From sequence record SRR20825006_718: 50,639 nt of DNA. One strand, 5' to 3'. The position numbers and the translations under genes were made by a program. Of the stretch, positions 36,733 through 46,678 are shown piece by piece (the first letter of the stretch is position 1; each line of letters opens with the position of its first letter). A model generated the notes under the pieces. That model saw only the letters and a program-made list of their open reading frames with translations, was not told the DNA's origin and made no database searches.

Positions 36733-38502
36733 TTAATATCCATAGATATCATTGTACAAATCAATGTACATTTCCTTAACGGGCTTTCGTTTTAACTTCA
36801 TGGTAGGGGTAAGGTGGCCAGCTTCTACGCTCCAAACATCCGGAGTGAGCCTGAACTGTTTTACTTTTTCCCACTTGGCGAATTCTTGGTTGGCCCAATC
36901 CACTTCTTCCTGCATGCGGGCGATTACTTTTTCGTTTTTCACCAGTTCAGCGTTCGAGCCAACATCAATATTGTGTCGTTTTGCCCATTCCTTAACGAAT
37001 TCAAAGTTGGGTTGAATTAGTGCAGCGGGCATTTTCTCGCCTTCACCAATAACCATAATCTGTTCAATGAACCTTGATTGCTTAAACCGGTTCTCCAATA
37101 ATTGCGGGGCCACATATTTTCCACCAGAGGTCTTGAACATTTCCTTTTTACGGTCGGTTATGCGCAGAAAGCCCTCCGCATCGATTTCCCCGATGTCTCC
37201 TGTATGGAAATAGGCACCCGTCATCACTTCGGCGGTCTTTTCCTGATTTTTATAGTAGCCCATCATCACGTTTGGACCTTTGCAAAGAATTTCCCCGTCT
37301 TCCGCGATTTTTACTTCCACGTCGTCTATCATTTTACCCACTGTACCGATTTTCCAGCCTTTATTGCGTTGGTCGTTCACTGCAATCACTGGAGAGGTCT
37401 CGGTAAGTCCGTACCCTTCCATCACAGGCATTTCGGCAGCGGCAAAAACTCGGGCAAGTCTGGGTTGCAAGGCTGCACTACCGGAAACCATTACGGATAA
37501 ATTTCCGCCCAATCCTTCTTTCCATTTACTAAAGATGAGTTTTCTGGCAATGCCGAGTTTGGTCTCGTACCACCAACCGTTGGCTCCGTAGGGTTCAAAT
37601 TTGAGTCCTACTTCCACGGCCCAGAAGAACAATTTCTTCTTAATGCCGGTCAGCAACGCTCCTTTGGCAATAATGGCATCGTATACTTTTTCCAACAACC
37701 TAGGAACCACGGTCATTACATTGGGCTTCACCTCTTTTACATTTTCACTGATTTTATCCAGCCCTTCCGCAAAATAGACTTCTACGCCACAATATTGGTA
37801 GAGATAAAGGATCATGCGCTCAAAAATGTGGCAAATGGGCAAAAAACTCAACGCTGTGCCCCCAGTTTCGAAAGGAACTCTTTTTTGGCTGTCCACCACA
37901 TTGGATACAATGTTGTTATGGGAGAGCATAACCCCTTTGGGACGCCCAGTAGTGCCCGAGGTATAAATCAAGGTGGCCAGATCATCTGGTTTTACACTCT
38001 TTTTAATTTCTTCGACTTGGTCTTGGTTGGAGGCATCTGAGCCCAACTCCAATAGTTCCGACCAATTTTTACAGTTGTTGAGCTGTTCAAAAGAGTATAC
38101 ATCTTTCAGGTTTTCTACTTTTGATTGAATCGCCTGCACTTTCTCCAGAACTTCATCGCAGGAAACAAAACAAAGTTTTGCCTCGGAGTGGTTCAGAATG
38201 TATTCGTAATCCTCCTCGGAAATGGTGGGATAGATAGGTACATTTTGTGCGCCAATTTGAAGAACTCCAATATCAACAATATTCCACTCCGTACGGTTGG
38301 TCATGGAGATTACCGCAATCTTATCGTTGGGCTTAACGCCCATTTTTAGTAAAGCCCTGCTCACGGCATTGGCCTTGTCAATATACTCTTGGGTAGATGT
38401 TGCTATCCAAGTACCGTCACTTTTGGTGACCAATGATTTTTCTAAGGGGTATTTTTCAAGTTGATAGTATGGGAAATCAAATAATCGGGTAACAGTTTGC
38501 AT
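36733..38502 (-). CDS. Long-chain-fatty-acid--CoA ligase
   Basis: YTSGTTGRPKG, EGYGLTET, FHTGDIG, LTPTMKLKR. Confidence 0.95.
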   Translation of the reverse strand: MQTVTRLFDFPYYQLEKYPLEKSLVTKSDGTWIATSTQEYIDKANAVSRALLKMGVKPNDKIAVISMTNRTEWNIVDIGVLQIGAQNVPIYPTISEEDYEYILNHSEAKLCFVSCDEVLEKVQAIQSKVENLKDVYSFEQLNNCKNWSELLELGSDASNQDQVEEIKKSVKPDDLATLIYTSGTTGRPKGVMLSHNNIVSNVVDSQKRVPFETGGTALSFLPICHIFERMILYLYQYCGVEVYFAEGLDKISENVKEVKPNVMTVVPRLLEKVYDAIIAKGALLTGIKKKLFFWAVEVGLKFEPYGANGWWYETKLGIARKLIFSKWKEGLGGNLSVMVSGSAALQPRLARVFAAAEMPVMEGYGLTETSPVIAVNDQRNKGWKIGTVGKMIDDVEVKIAEDGEILCKGPNVMMGYYKNQEKTAEVMTGAYFHTGDIGEIDAEGFLRITDRKKEMFKTSGGKYVAPQLLENRFKQSRFIEQIMVIGEGEKMPAALIQPNFEFVKEWAKRHNIDVGSNAELVKNEKVIARMQEEVDWANQEFAKWEKVKQFRLTPDVWSVEAGHLTPTMKLKRKPVKEMYIDLYNDIYGY

Positions 38503-38592
38503 AGTAAGTTATGTATAGCGAATGCAAATTAGGGAAAGAGAACCGTATTTTAAAACGAGTTATTCAAAAAAAAGCATAATTCTTTGGTAATT

Positions 38593-39048
38593 TTATATAA
38601 TATGCAATTTCATGCCCTCATGGGAATCTGTGAATCCTAAGGATTTGTAAAACTTGAGTGCATCCGGTCTTTTTTTGTCGGTGGTCAATTGTACCACATG
38701 CGCACCTTTTTCTTTTGAACGTTCTATGGCCCACAGGAACAAATCTTTTCCAATGCCTTCGCTCCGATAATCTTCATGAACCCGTACAGCTTCAATTTGA
38801 GCGCGAATACCGCCTTGATAGGTCAAATATTGGATAAAACTCAGTTGTAATGTTCCTATTACTCGATTGTTATCATTTACAATCACGACCAACTCTTGAT
38901 TGGGGTCATTATCAATATGCTCAAATGCCGAATAATATTTTTCAGGAAGAGGTTCTTGAAAATCTTCCCGAAGCTTTCCCAACTCATCATTGGCAAGCAT
39001 TTGAACTATGAAATGTACATCGTCTCGTTCCGCTTTTCTGATAATCAT
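38593..39048 (-). CDS. GNAT family N-acetyltransferase
   Basis: VRVHEDYRSEGIGK, QLTTDKKR, FYKSLGF; start ATG 39048 just after the purL stop. Confidence 0.9.
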   Translation of the reverse strand: MIIRKAERDDVHFIVQMLANDELGKLREDFQEPLPEKYYSAFEHIDNDPNQELVVIVNDNNRVIGTLQLSFIQYLTYQGGIRAQIEAVRVHEDYRSEGIGKDLFLWAIERSKEKGAHVVQLTTDKKRPDALKFYKSLGFTDSHEGMKLHII

Positions 39049-39050
39049 TT

Positions 39051-42000
39051 CTAACGGTTTTCCAACCAAACCCTTGCGTTCACAAATGCTTGTAACCATG
39101 GTGATACCGTATCTGTTCTATCCTTTGGATAGTGTGCCCAGTTCCAAGGGAAGGTAGAGCGCTCTATGTGGGGCATGGTCACTAAGTGCCTACCTGTTCT
39201 GTCACAAAGCATCGCTGTGTTGTAATCACTTCCATTTGGATTGGCAGGGTAGCTCTGGTAACCGTATTTGGCCACGATATTATATTGATCTTCGGTATGT
39301 GGCAAGCTAAATTTGCCCTCACCATGACTTATCCAAACACCCAATGTGCTCCCTGCTAGGTCGGAAAGCATCACAGAGTTGTTCTCCTGGATTTTTACCG
39401 AGGTAAAATTGCTCTCGTGTTTATGGGAATCATTATAGGTCATTCTACCATGGGTGACATGCTCTGGGTTGATGAGGTCCAATTCCATGAACAACTGGCA
39501 TCCGTTACAAATCCCTACGGACAAGGTATCGGGTCTTGCAAAGAAATCTTTTAAGGCTTTGTTGGCCTTATCGTTGTATTTAAAAGCTCCTGCCCAACCT
39601 TTTGCACTTCCCAAAACATCTGAGTTGGAGAATCCGCCCACAGCACCTATAAATTGAATATCTTCCAAGGTTTCCCGCCCTGTAATAAGGTCGGTCATGT
39701 GGACATCTTTCACATCAAAGCCGGCCAAGTACATGGCATTGGCCATTTCGCGCTCGGAATTGCTTCCCTTTTCACGAAGAATAGCGGCTTTGGGTCGGGG
39801 GCTGAGCGGAGTCGAAGCCACCGGGAGTTTACCATCAAAATTTTCGGGGAAAATATAGTTTAATGGCTGATTCTTGTAATTATCAAATCGGTTTTTGGCC
39901 AAACCATTGGCAGTTTGTTTGTTGTCCAGTAGATAGGAGGTCTTAAACCACGTATCTCGTAAGGAGGCAATGTTCAATCCGATTTCAATGCCCCTGTTCT
40001 TGATTTTCAAAGTGCTTTCTGATGATGGAACACCGATTTTGGCAAATTCAACACCCGCCGATTTCAATTCATTTTCCACAGAGGCATCTTGGGCTTGGAA
40101 AACAACACCAATATTTTCAGAGAACAATAGTTTGATGATATCTTGCTCATTGATGTCGGACAGGTCTAAATTGGCACCCAAATCATTATTGGCAAAGCAA
40201 AGTTCCAAAAGTGTGGTAATCAATCCTCCCGAAGCCACATCGTGACCTGCCAATATTTTATTTTCTTTTATAAGTTGTTGTAATGTATCGAAAGCAGTCT
40301 TAAAGTAGCCAGCATCCAAAACGGATGGGGCTTCATCACCAATACCGTTCAAAATTTGAGCAAAGGAAGAACCGCCCAATTTATGGCTGTCCTTGGATAG
40401 ATTGATGTAGTAGATAGCTCCACCATCCTTCTGCAAAATAGGCTCTACCACTTGGTTGATGTTGCTACAGTTGCCCGCGGCCGAAACAATTACCGTTCCG
40501 GGAGACAGGACATCACCATCCTTGTATTTTTGCTTCATGGAAAGCGAATCCTTTCCAGTGGGCACATTAATGCCCAAATCTATTACAAACTCCGACAAAG
40601 ATTCTACGGCCGAATACAAACGAGCATCCTCGCCTTCGTTTCTACAGGGCCACATCCAGTTGGCGGAAAGCGATACGGATTTTAGTCCATCTTTTAATGG
40701 TGCCCAAACGATATTGGTCAAGGATTCCGCTACGCTGTTCCTGCTTCCTGCCACGGGGTCTATCAAGGCCGAGATGGGGGAGTGGCCAATGGTGGTGGCG
40801 ATTCCTTCTTTTCCTTTAAAATCAAGAGCCATTACACCACAGTTGTTCAACGGCAACTGTAATGGGCCGGCACACTGTTGTTTTGCAACACGTCCGCCAA
40901 CACATCGGTCCACTTTATTGGTCAACCAATCTTTGCTGGCTACCGCCTCCAATTGAAGTACTTGCTCCAAATAGTCGTGGAAGTGTTCCAAGGAGTAGGA
41001 GAGTGCCGGATATTTTTTCTGTGCCGTTTTATCGGCCATTATGGTTTTCGGAGAGCTTCCGAACATATCGGAAAGTTCCAGGTTCATAGGTGTTTCACCA
41101 GTTTCACCAGAAGTAAATTTAAAGGTGTGGTCGCCAGTAACTTCACCCACGTTGTACATGGGAGAACGTTCACGAGCCGAGACCCTTTCCAATAGATCTA
41201 AATCTTTCTCACCGATTACCAATCCCATACGTTCTTGGGACTCGTTCCCGATCAATTCCTTTTTGGAAAGCGTAGGGTCGCCAACGGGCAATTTGTCGGT
41301 ATCAATGGTGCCTCCAGTTTCCTCGACCAATTCGGACAGACAATTCAAGTGTCCGCCAGCTCCGTGATCATGAATGGAAACAATGGGGTTATCATGACTT
41401 TCGAACAATCCGCGAACGGCGTTCGAAGCTCGTTTTTGCATTTCTGGGTTGGAACGTTGCACGGCGTTCAACTCAATGGCAGAGCTGAATTCCCCCGTAT
41501 CTGCACTAGATACGGCGGCTCCCCCCATCCCGATACGGTAGTTGTCACCACCAAGAACAACTATTCTGTTTCCTTTGCTCGGTGTATCTTTTAAAGCTTG
41601 GTCGGTTTTACCATATCCGATACCTCCTGCCATCATAATTACTTTGTCGAAGCCTAATTTTCTGGCCTCTTCCTGATGCTCAAACGTCAAAACAGAACCA
41701 GCAATCAAGGGTTGACCGAATTTGTTTCCGAAGTCGGACGCTCCATTGGATGCTTTAATCAAGATGTCCATTGGGGTTTGATACAACCAATCTCTTTCCT
41801 CCATTCCTTTTTCCCATGGACGATTCTCTTCCAAACGGGAATAGGATGTCATGTAAACAGCGGTTCCTGCTAATGGCAACGAACCTTTTCCACCAGCCAA
41901 ACGGTCCCTAATCTCACCTCCAGAACCCGTTGCGGCTCCATTAAAGGGCTCGACAGTGGTTGGGAAGTTATGGGTCTCCGCTTTTAGCGAAAGGACTGAA

Positions 42001-42716
42001 TCAAATTCTTTTTCTTCGTAAAAATCAGGCTTATCGGCACTTTTTGGTGCAAACTGTATTGCTTTTGGCCCTTTAATGAAGGCCACATTATCTTTATAGG
42101 CCGAAACAATATCGTTTGGATGTGCTTCGGAGGTCTTTTTTATCAATTTGAATAGGGAAGAGGGCTTTTCTTCTCCATCAATCACAAAAGTGCCATTGAA
42201 AATTTTATGCCTGCAGTGTTCAGAATTCACTTGACTGAACCCAAACACTTCGGAATCCGTCAACTTTCGTCCCAACTTAGTGGCAAGGCCTTCCAGATAG
42301 GCGACTTCTTCATCGCTCAAGGCCAATCCTTCTTTTTCGTTGTAAGAAGCAATATCATCAATCTCCTTGATGGATTCTGGAACAATATCAATAGTGAAAA
42401 TATCCTGGCCCAAAGAGGTGTATTTTTGGGAAAGCATGGGGTCAAAATCAGTGAAATCCTCTGAAACAGCGTGGAACTCCTCAATTCGGATAATTCCCGT
42501 GATGCCCATGTTTTGGGTGATTTCAGTGGCGTTTGTACTCCAAGGAGTAATCATTGCGGCCCGTGGCCCAACAAAAAAGGCGTCGAGAGACGCCGCTTCA
42601 ATCTTAGGTTGGTCGCCAAACAACCAAGTCAGTTTGTTACTATCTTCCTGAGCGATTTCCTGAGTGGTTTGGACGGCAAAAACCTTGGTAGCCTTGTCCC
42701 CAAAAAAATGGATCAT
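39051..42716 (-). CDS. purL: Phosphoribosylformylglycinamidine synthase (large type)
   Basis: NSEHCRHKIFN, KAETHNFPT, HDHGAGG, glutaminase GICNGCQ, SHGEG, MPHIER. Confidence 0.97.
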   Translation of the reverse strand: MIHFFGDKATKVFAVQTTQEIAQEDSNKLTWLFGDQPKIEAASLDAFFVGPRAAMITPWSTNATEITQNMGITGIIRIEEFHAVSEDFTDFDPMLSQKYTSLGQDIFTIDIVPESIKEIDDIASYNEKEGLALSDEEVAYLEGLATKLGRKLTDSEVFGFSQVNSEHCRHKIFNGTFVIDGEEKPSSLFKLIKKTSEAHPNDIVSAYKDNVAFIKGPKAIQFAPKSADKPDFYEEKEFDSVLSLKAETHNFPTTVEPFNGAATGSGGEIRDRLAGGKGSLPLAGTAVYMTSYSRLEENRPWEKGMEERDWLYQTPMDILIKASNGASDFGNKFGQPLIAGSVLTFEHQEEARKLGFDKVIMMAGGIGYGKTDQALKDTPSKGNRIVVLGGDNYRIGMGGAAVSSADTGEFSSAIELNAVQRSNPEMQKRASNAVRGLFESHDNPIVSIHDHGAGGHLNCLSELVEETGGTIDTDKLPVGDPTLSKKELIGNESQERMGLVIGEKDLDLLERVSARERSPMYNVGEVTGDHTFKFTSGETGETPMNLELSDMFGSSPKTIMADKTAQKKYPALSYSLEHFHDYLEQVLQLEAVASKDWLTNKVDRCVGGRVAKQQCAGPLQLPLNNCGVMALDFKGKEGIATTIGHSPISALIDPVAGSRNSVAESLTNIVWAPLKDGLKSVSLSANWMWPCRNEGEDARLYSAVESLSEFVIDLGINVPTGKDSLSMKQKYKDGDVLSPGTVIVSAAGNCSNINQVVEPILQKDGGAIYYINLSKDSHKLGGSSFAQILNGIGDEAPSVLDAGYFKTAFDTLQQLIKENKILAGHDVASGGLITTLLELCFANNDLGANLDLSDINEQDIIKLLFSENIGVVFQAQDASVENELKSAGVEFAKIGVPSSESTLKIKNRGIEIGLNIASLRDTWFKTSYLLDNKQTANGLAKNRFDNYKNQPLNYIFPENFDGKLPVASTPLSPRPKAAILREKGSNSEREMANAMYLAGFDVKDVHMTDLITGRETLEDIQFIGAVGGFSNSDVLGSAKGWAGAFKYNDKANKALKDFFARPDTLSVGICNGCQLFMELDLINPEHVTHGRMTYNDSHKHESNFTSVKIQENNSVMLSDLAGSTLGVWISHGEGKFSLPHTEDQYNIVAKYGYQSYPANPNGSDYNTAMLCDRTGRHLVTMPHIERSTFPWNWAHYPKDRTDTVSPWLQAFVNARVWLENR
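39800..39819. repeat. Single palindromic-repeat arm embedded in-frame in purL
   Basis: GGCTGAGCGGAGTCGAAGCC, same core as 44561-44580; encodes part of VASTPLSP. Confidence 0.65.
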
Positions 42717-42748
42717 ACAATTTGTGCGTTGAACGGTTTAAGAAAGTG

Positions 42749-42756
42749 CAAAAATA
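42749..42756 (-). promoter_or_regulatory. Bacteroidota -7 promoter element for purL (TATTTTTG)
   Basis: CAAAAATA on +, 32 nt upstream of the start codon. Confidence 0.55.
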
Positions 42757-42953
42757 CGATTTTGCTGCTTAATTTATCCTACCGCAATGGTGTTTTGTTA
42801 ACTAACCCATGTTGATAGCTTAAATGGTTGAAAAAATCAGATGTAGATTTTTATCAAATCCCCAAAAGTATATATATAGAGGCTTTCCGACTGAACTCAT
42901 TGAGGTAGTTTTCCTTATATTAGAAGAATAATAGCTAACTCAAAACCAACCTT

Positions 42954-44546
42954 ATGAAAACAACCAAAATCCTGTTCGTCGGGATGATGCTGTTCGCGGG
43001 TGTAGTCACATCATCAGCACAGAAAAAGTACTCCAAAAGTCAAATCAAAAAATTTAAGGCCGAAGTTGAAGCCCTAGTGGAAGCCAATAAAAAGCAGACG
43101 CAGGTAATGGTGGATAAAATTTTCAGTTTTGCCGAACTGGGCTTTCAAGAAGAGGAAAGCTCAAAATACCTCACTGGAATTCTGGAAGAAAACGGGTTTA
43201 CCATAGAGCATTCCATTTCCAATATCCCGACCGCATGGTTTGCGACCTGGAGCAATGGGGAAGGACCTGTAATTGCCCTGGGAAGCGATGTGGATTGTAT
43301 ACCGAAAGCATCACAAACCCCTGGAGTGGCCTACCATAAACCTTTGGTGGAAGGGGCACCTGGTCACGGTGAGGGACACAACGCCGGTATTCCATTGAAC
43401 ATTACCTCGGCCTTGGCGGTTAAGGAAGTAATGGAAAAGGAAGGCATTGGAGGCACTTTGATTCTTTGGCCCGGAATTGCCGAAGAGTTGGTCGCAGCAA
43501 AAGCTTGGTACGTTCGGGACGGGCTTTTTGATGATATTGATATGTGCATTTTTACCCACGTGAGCAGTAATCTGAGTGTATCTTGGGGCCCTACCCGCGG
43601 AACTGGGCTGATTTCTGTGGAATATATGTTCGAAGGTGAAGCCGCGCATTCCGCAGGAGCCCCATGGAGAGGTAGAAGTGCTCTGGACGCTGCTGAACTT
43701 ATGAATGTAGGTTGGAACTATAAAAGGGAGCATTTGCATCCATTAAAGCGTTCCCACTCCATTTTCACGGATTCGGGAGACCAGCCCAATGTGGTTCCTT
43801 CCAAGGCGGCTATTTGGTATTATTTTAGAGATATTACCTATGAGGGAATCATGGAAATGTATGCCGAGGCGAACGATATTGCCAAGGGTGCGGCCATGAT
43901 GACAGGCACTACCATGACATCACGCGTATTGGGAACTGCATGGCCGAGACACTACAATAAAGTCATTGCCGAGACCATGTATGAAAACATAAAGGAAGTT
44001 GGACTTCCTGAATGGACGGAAGCAGACCAAAAATTGGCCAAAGCGGTACAGACCGAAGTAGCATCTAAAAAAATCGAAGGATTGCCCACCAAGCTATCTG
44101 AAATAGGATTACCGGTTTTGGAGCCTGTTAGCGGTGGTTCGGATGATATCGGTGACATTTCTTGGAAGGTGCCTACGGTTACCATGCGTTTTCCTTCCAA
44201 CATTCCCGGATTGCCTGGGCATCATTGGGCCAATGCGATTGCGATGGCAACACCTATTGCCCACAAAGGAGTTACGGCCGGAGCTAAGGCAGAAGCAATG
44301 ACCATTATGGATTTCTTGTTGAAGCCAGAGTTGTTGACCCAAGCATGGGATTATTTCAACAATGAGCAGACAAAGGAAACCAAATACGAGCCTATGATCT
44401 CTGCGGATGATATGCCGCCTACGTTCTTAAACAAGGACAAGCAAGATATGTTCCGACCCGCTTTGGAGGAGTTCTACTACGATGAAACCAAATACGATAG
44501 CTATTTGGAGCAGTTGGGTGTGGAATATCCTACGGTGAAACAATAA
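42954..44546 (+). CDS. M20 family amidohydrolase (AbgB-like), secreted
   Basis: ELGFQE, GHGEGHN, AEE, G.AAHSAGAPWRGRSALDA, GSDDIGDISW. Confidence 0.88.
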   Translation: MKTTKILFVGMMLFAGVVTSSAQKKYSKSQIKKFKAEVEALVEANKKQTQVMVDKIFSFAELGFQEEESSKYLTGILEENGFTIEHSISNIPTAWFATWSNGEGPVIALGSDVDCIPKASQTPGVAYHKPLVEGAPGHGEGHNAGIPLNITSALAVKEVMEKEGIGGTLILWPGIAEELVAAKAWYVRDGLFDDIDMCIFTHVSSNLSVSWGPTRGTGLISVEYMFEGEAAHSAGAPWRGRSALDAAELMNVGWNYKREHLHPLKRSHSIFTDSGDQPNVVPSKAAIWYYFRDITYEGIMEMYAEANDIAKGAAMMTGTTMTSRVLGTAWPRHYNKVIAETMYENIKEVGLPEWTEADQKLAKAVQTEVASKKIEGLPTKLSEIGLPVLEPVSGGSDDIGDISWKVPTVTMRFPSNIPGLPGHHWANAIAMATPIAHKGVTAGAKAEAMTIMDFLLKPELLTQAWDYFNNEQTKETKYEPMISADDMPPTFLNKDKQDMFRPALEEFYYDETKYDSYLEQLGVEYPTVKQ

Positions 44547-44553
44547 TTAATTC

Positions 44554-44614
44554 TTTGTCAGTTCGAGCGGGGTCGAGAACCTAAAAACATCTCGACTGTG
44601 CTCGATGTGACAAA
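44554..44614. repeat. REP-like inverted repeat doublet
   Basis: TTTGTCAGTTCGAGCGGGGTCGAGA (44554-44578) vs TCTCGACTGTGCTCGATGTGACAAA (44590-44614), 20/25 complementary. Confidence 0.8.
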
Positions 44615-44757
44615 TCCAGCAAATGGGACAAAATACAATCTTAGTCTTTGCACTCTTACTATAATGACGGTTTAGAGTCATTGATTGAGCTCATTCCTGC
44701 GAAAGGAGTTCAATACAAATTGTACAAATTTCTCGAACAGCATCCATTTTGGGGCAA

Positions 44758-45660
44758 TTAATTGAACGAAGCCCTGAAAGCCATAGGGGATAGGTTGGTC
44801 TTTGTCTTGAAAAGTTTGCTGAAGGATTGTGAATGCTCAAACCCTAAAGTATGGGCTATCTCACCTATAGAAAGTTGTGTGGTGGATAATTTCTCTTTAG
44901 CTATCTCAATAAGTTTTTCGTGTATGTGCTGTTGGGTACTCAGGCCTGTTAGCACTTTTAGTAAGCTACTTAGGTAACTTGAAGAAACATGTAGGCTGTC
45001 GGCTATAAATTGGACGGACGGAATTCCTTTATTGATGGCTTCTTCTCCGTTGAAATAGCTGTCGAGAAGATGCTCCAACCGAACCAAAATCTCGTGGTTA
45101 TTGATTTTTCTGGTAAGAAATTGTCTTTGATAGTACCGTTCGGCATAATTGAGCAATAGTTCTATTTGTGCTATAATAATGTTTTGACTGAATTTGTCCA
45201 TATTGGACTTATACTCGTGTTGAATATTGAGTAGGATTTCGGTAATGGTCCGTTCTTCTTTATCCGATAGAAATAAGGCCTCGTTTATGGCATATCCGAA
45301 AAATTCATAGTTTTTTATGGTCTTGGCCAAGGGGGTGTTCCACAAAAAATCGGGGTGAATCAACAATAGCCAACCTGAAGGTTTTTTCTCCGTAGGTAAC
45401 ATTTCAAACTGGAGAACCTGCCTTGGAGCTATAAAGGATAGCAGTCCCTCATCAAAATCAAACTCCTGCTGACCGTATCTCACTTTGGCCTGGATGTCGC
45501 GTTTTAAACCAATGCTGTAAAAGCTTTGCATCCATGTAATTTGACTTTCTATGGTTTGATAATTAACCTGTCCATAGTCTATTAGGCTAATCAGAGGATG
45601 CTCTGGATTTGGAAGTGCACAAAACTTATGGAACTCGCTCAAGGTTTGAAATGTATTCAT
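44758..45660 (-). CDS. AraC-family transcriptional regulator
   Basis: HPLIS, YGQQEFDFDEG, C-terminal IAHTLGFEHSQSFSKLFK.KT..SP..FR; start ATG 45660 or TTG 45666. Confidence 0.93.
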   Translation of the reverse strand: MNTFQTLSEFHKFCALPNPEHPLISLIDYGQVNYQTIESQITWMQSFYSIGLKRDIQAKVRYGQQEFDFDEGLLSFIAPRQVLQFEMLPTEKKPSGWLLLIHPDFLWNTPLAKTIKNYEFFGYAINEALFLSDKEERTITEILLNIQHEYKSNMDKFSQNIIIAQIELLLNYAERYYQRQFLTRKINNHEILVRLEHLLDSYFNGEEAINKGIPSVQFIADSLHVSSSYLSSLLKVLTGLSTQQHIHEKLIEIAKEKLSTTQLSIGEIAHTLGFEHSQSFSKLFKTKTNLSPMAFRASFN

Positions 45661-45677
45661 CTTCAATGCTAATTGAA

Positions 45678-45698
45678 GGGCAAGGCAGGACCTTGCCC
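45678..45698. repeat. Short GC-rich hairpin (REP-like) between the SDR and AraC genes
   Basis: GGGCAAGG-cagga-CCTTGCCC. Confidence 0.55.
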
Positions 45699-45713
45699 GT
45701 TTTAAATTACAAA

Positions 45714-46556
45714 CTAGTTTTTAAAATCGGTAGAATAGCTCAACTCTTTATTGGCTTCCAGTGCGTCTGCCAAGGTTTTCAACTTTTCATTTGCCATGCC
45801 ATAAGCATCGCTCCCCAAAAACAAGTGTAAAGCTGGTTCTTCACTTTCTGCCATGGTTATAAGTGCTTCCGCAGCTTTTTTGGGGTCTCCAAGTTGGTTT
45901 CCGGCAATATCTTCTTTGTGCATACGCTCAGATTCACGAGCTTGGGCATAAACGTCCATACGGTTACGAGCTAGTTTTAATGAATCGTCAGATAGAAATT
46001 GAGTTCTAAAATAACCGGGATATACCAAGGTTGTTTTGATTCCGAAAGGGCTTGCCTCCACCGATAAAGCTTCCGTAAGACCTACAACTGCAAATTTGGT
46101 CGCGCAATAGATTCCGAAACCAGGAAAATTTCCGACGATTCCTGCAACGGATGCAATATTGAAAATATGTCCTGATTGTTGAGACCTGAGTTGTGGCATG
46201 GATTTGCGGATAACATTTAAAAGGCCAAATACATTTACATCGAAATTTTGTCGTGCCTCCTCATCTGAAATTTCTTCCAGTGTTCCATTCTGTCCATAGC
46301 CTGCATTGTTTACAATGACATCAAGTCGACCAAAAGTTTCAATTGCTTTGGAAATACCATTTTCCACACTTTCCTCGTTCATAAGGTCCATTTGAATGGG
46401 CAGGAACTTTGGTGAACTGCCGACAGCTTCGCTAAGATTAGCTAGACTTCTAGAGGTAGCTGCAACCGAATAGCCTTGGTCTAATAATGTTTTCACCAAA
46501 ACAAGTCCTAGCCCTTTTGATGCACCAGTGACCAACCATACTTTTTTTGTGTCCAT
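45714..46556 (-). CDS. Short-chain dehydrogenase/reductase
   Basis: TGASKGLG, NNAGYG, YCATK, PGYFRT; start set to ATG 46556. Confidence 0.94.
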   Translation of the reverse strand: MDTKKVWLVTGASKGLGLVLVKTLLDQGYSVAATSRSLANLSEAVGSSPKFLPIQMDLMNEESVENGISKAIETFGRLDVIVNNAGYGQNGTLEEISDEEARQNFDVNVFGLLNVIRKSMPQLRSQQSGHIFNIASVAGIVGNFPGFGIYCATKFAVVGLTEALSVEASPFGIKTTLVYPGYFRTQFLSDDSLKLARNRMDVYAQARESERMHKEDIAGNQLGDPKKAAEALITMAESEEPALHLFLGSDAYGMANEKLKTLADALEANKELSYSTDFKN

Positions 46557-46619
46557 TTTCTTAGAATTTTTGTTGTTATGAATTGACACAGCAAAGTTGC
46601 CCTTAGTAGAGGGAAGGTA

Positions 46620-46654
46620 TGTAGCCTAATCTATGATTGTTGTAGTCTAAATCT
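46620..46654 (-). promoter_or_regulatory. Putative AraC-type direct-repeat site upstream of the SDR gene
   Basis: TGTAGCCTAATCT (46620) and TGTAGTCTAAATCT (46641), 21-bp period. Confidence 0.5.
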
Positions 46655-46678
46655 GGTTGGGATATAAAAAGTAAACTT

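Noticed and set aside
38593-39048. GNAT gene as a toxin of a toxin-antitoxin pair
   Set aside because: There is no adjacent small antitoxin ORF, and it looks like an ordinary acetyltransferase appended to purL.
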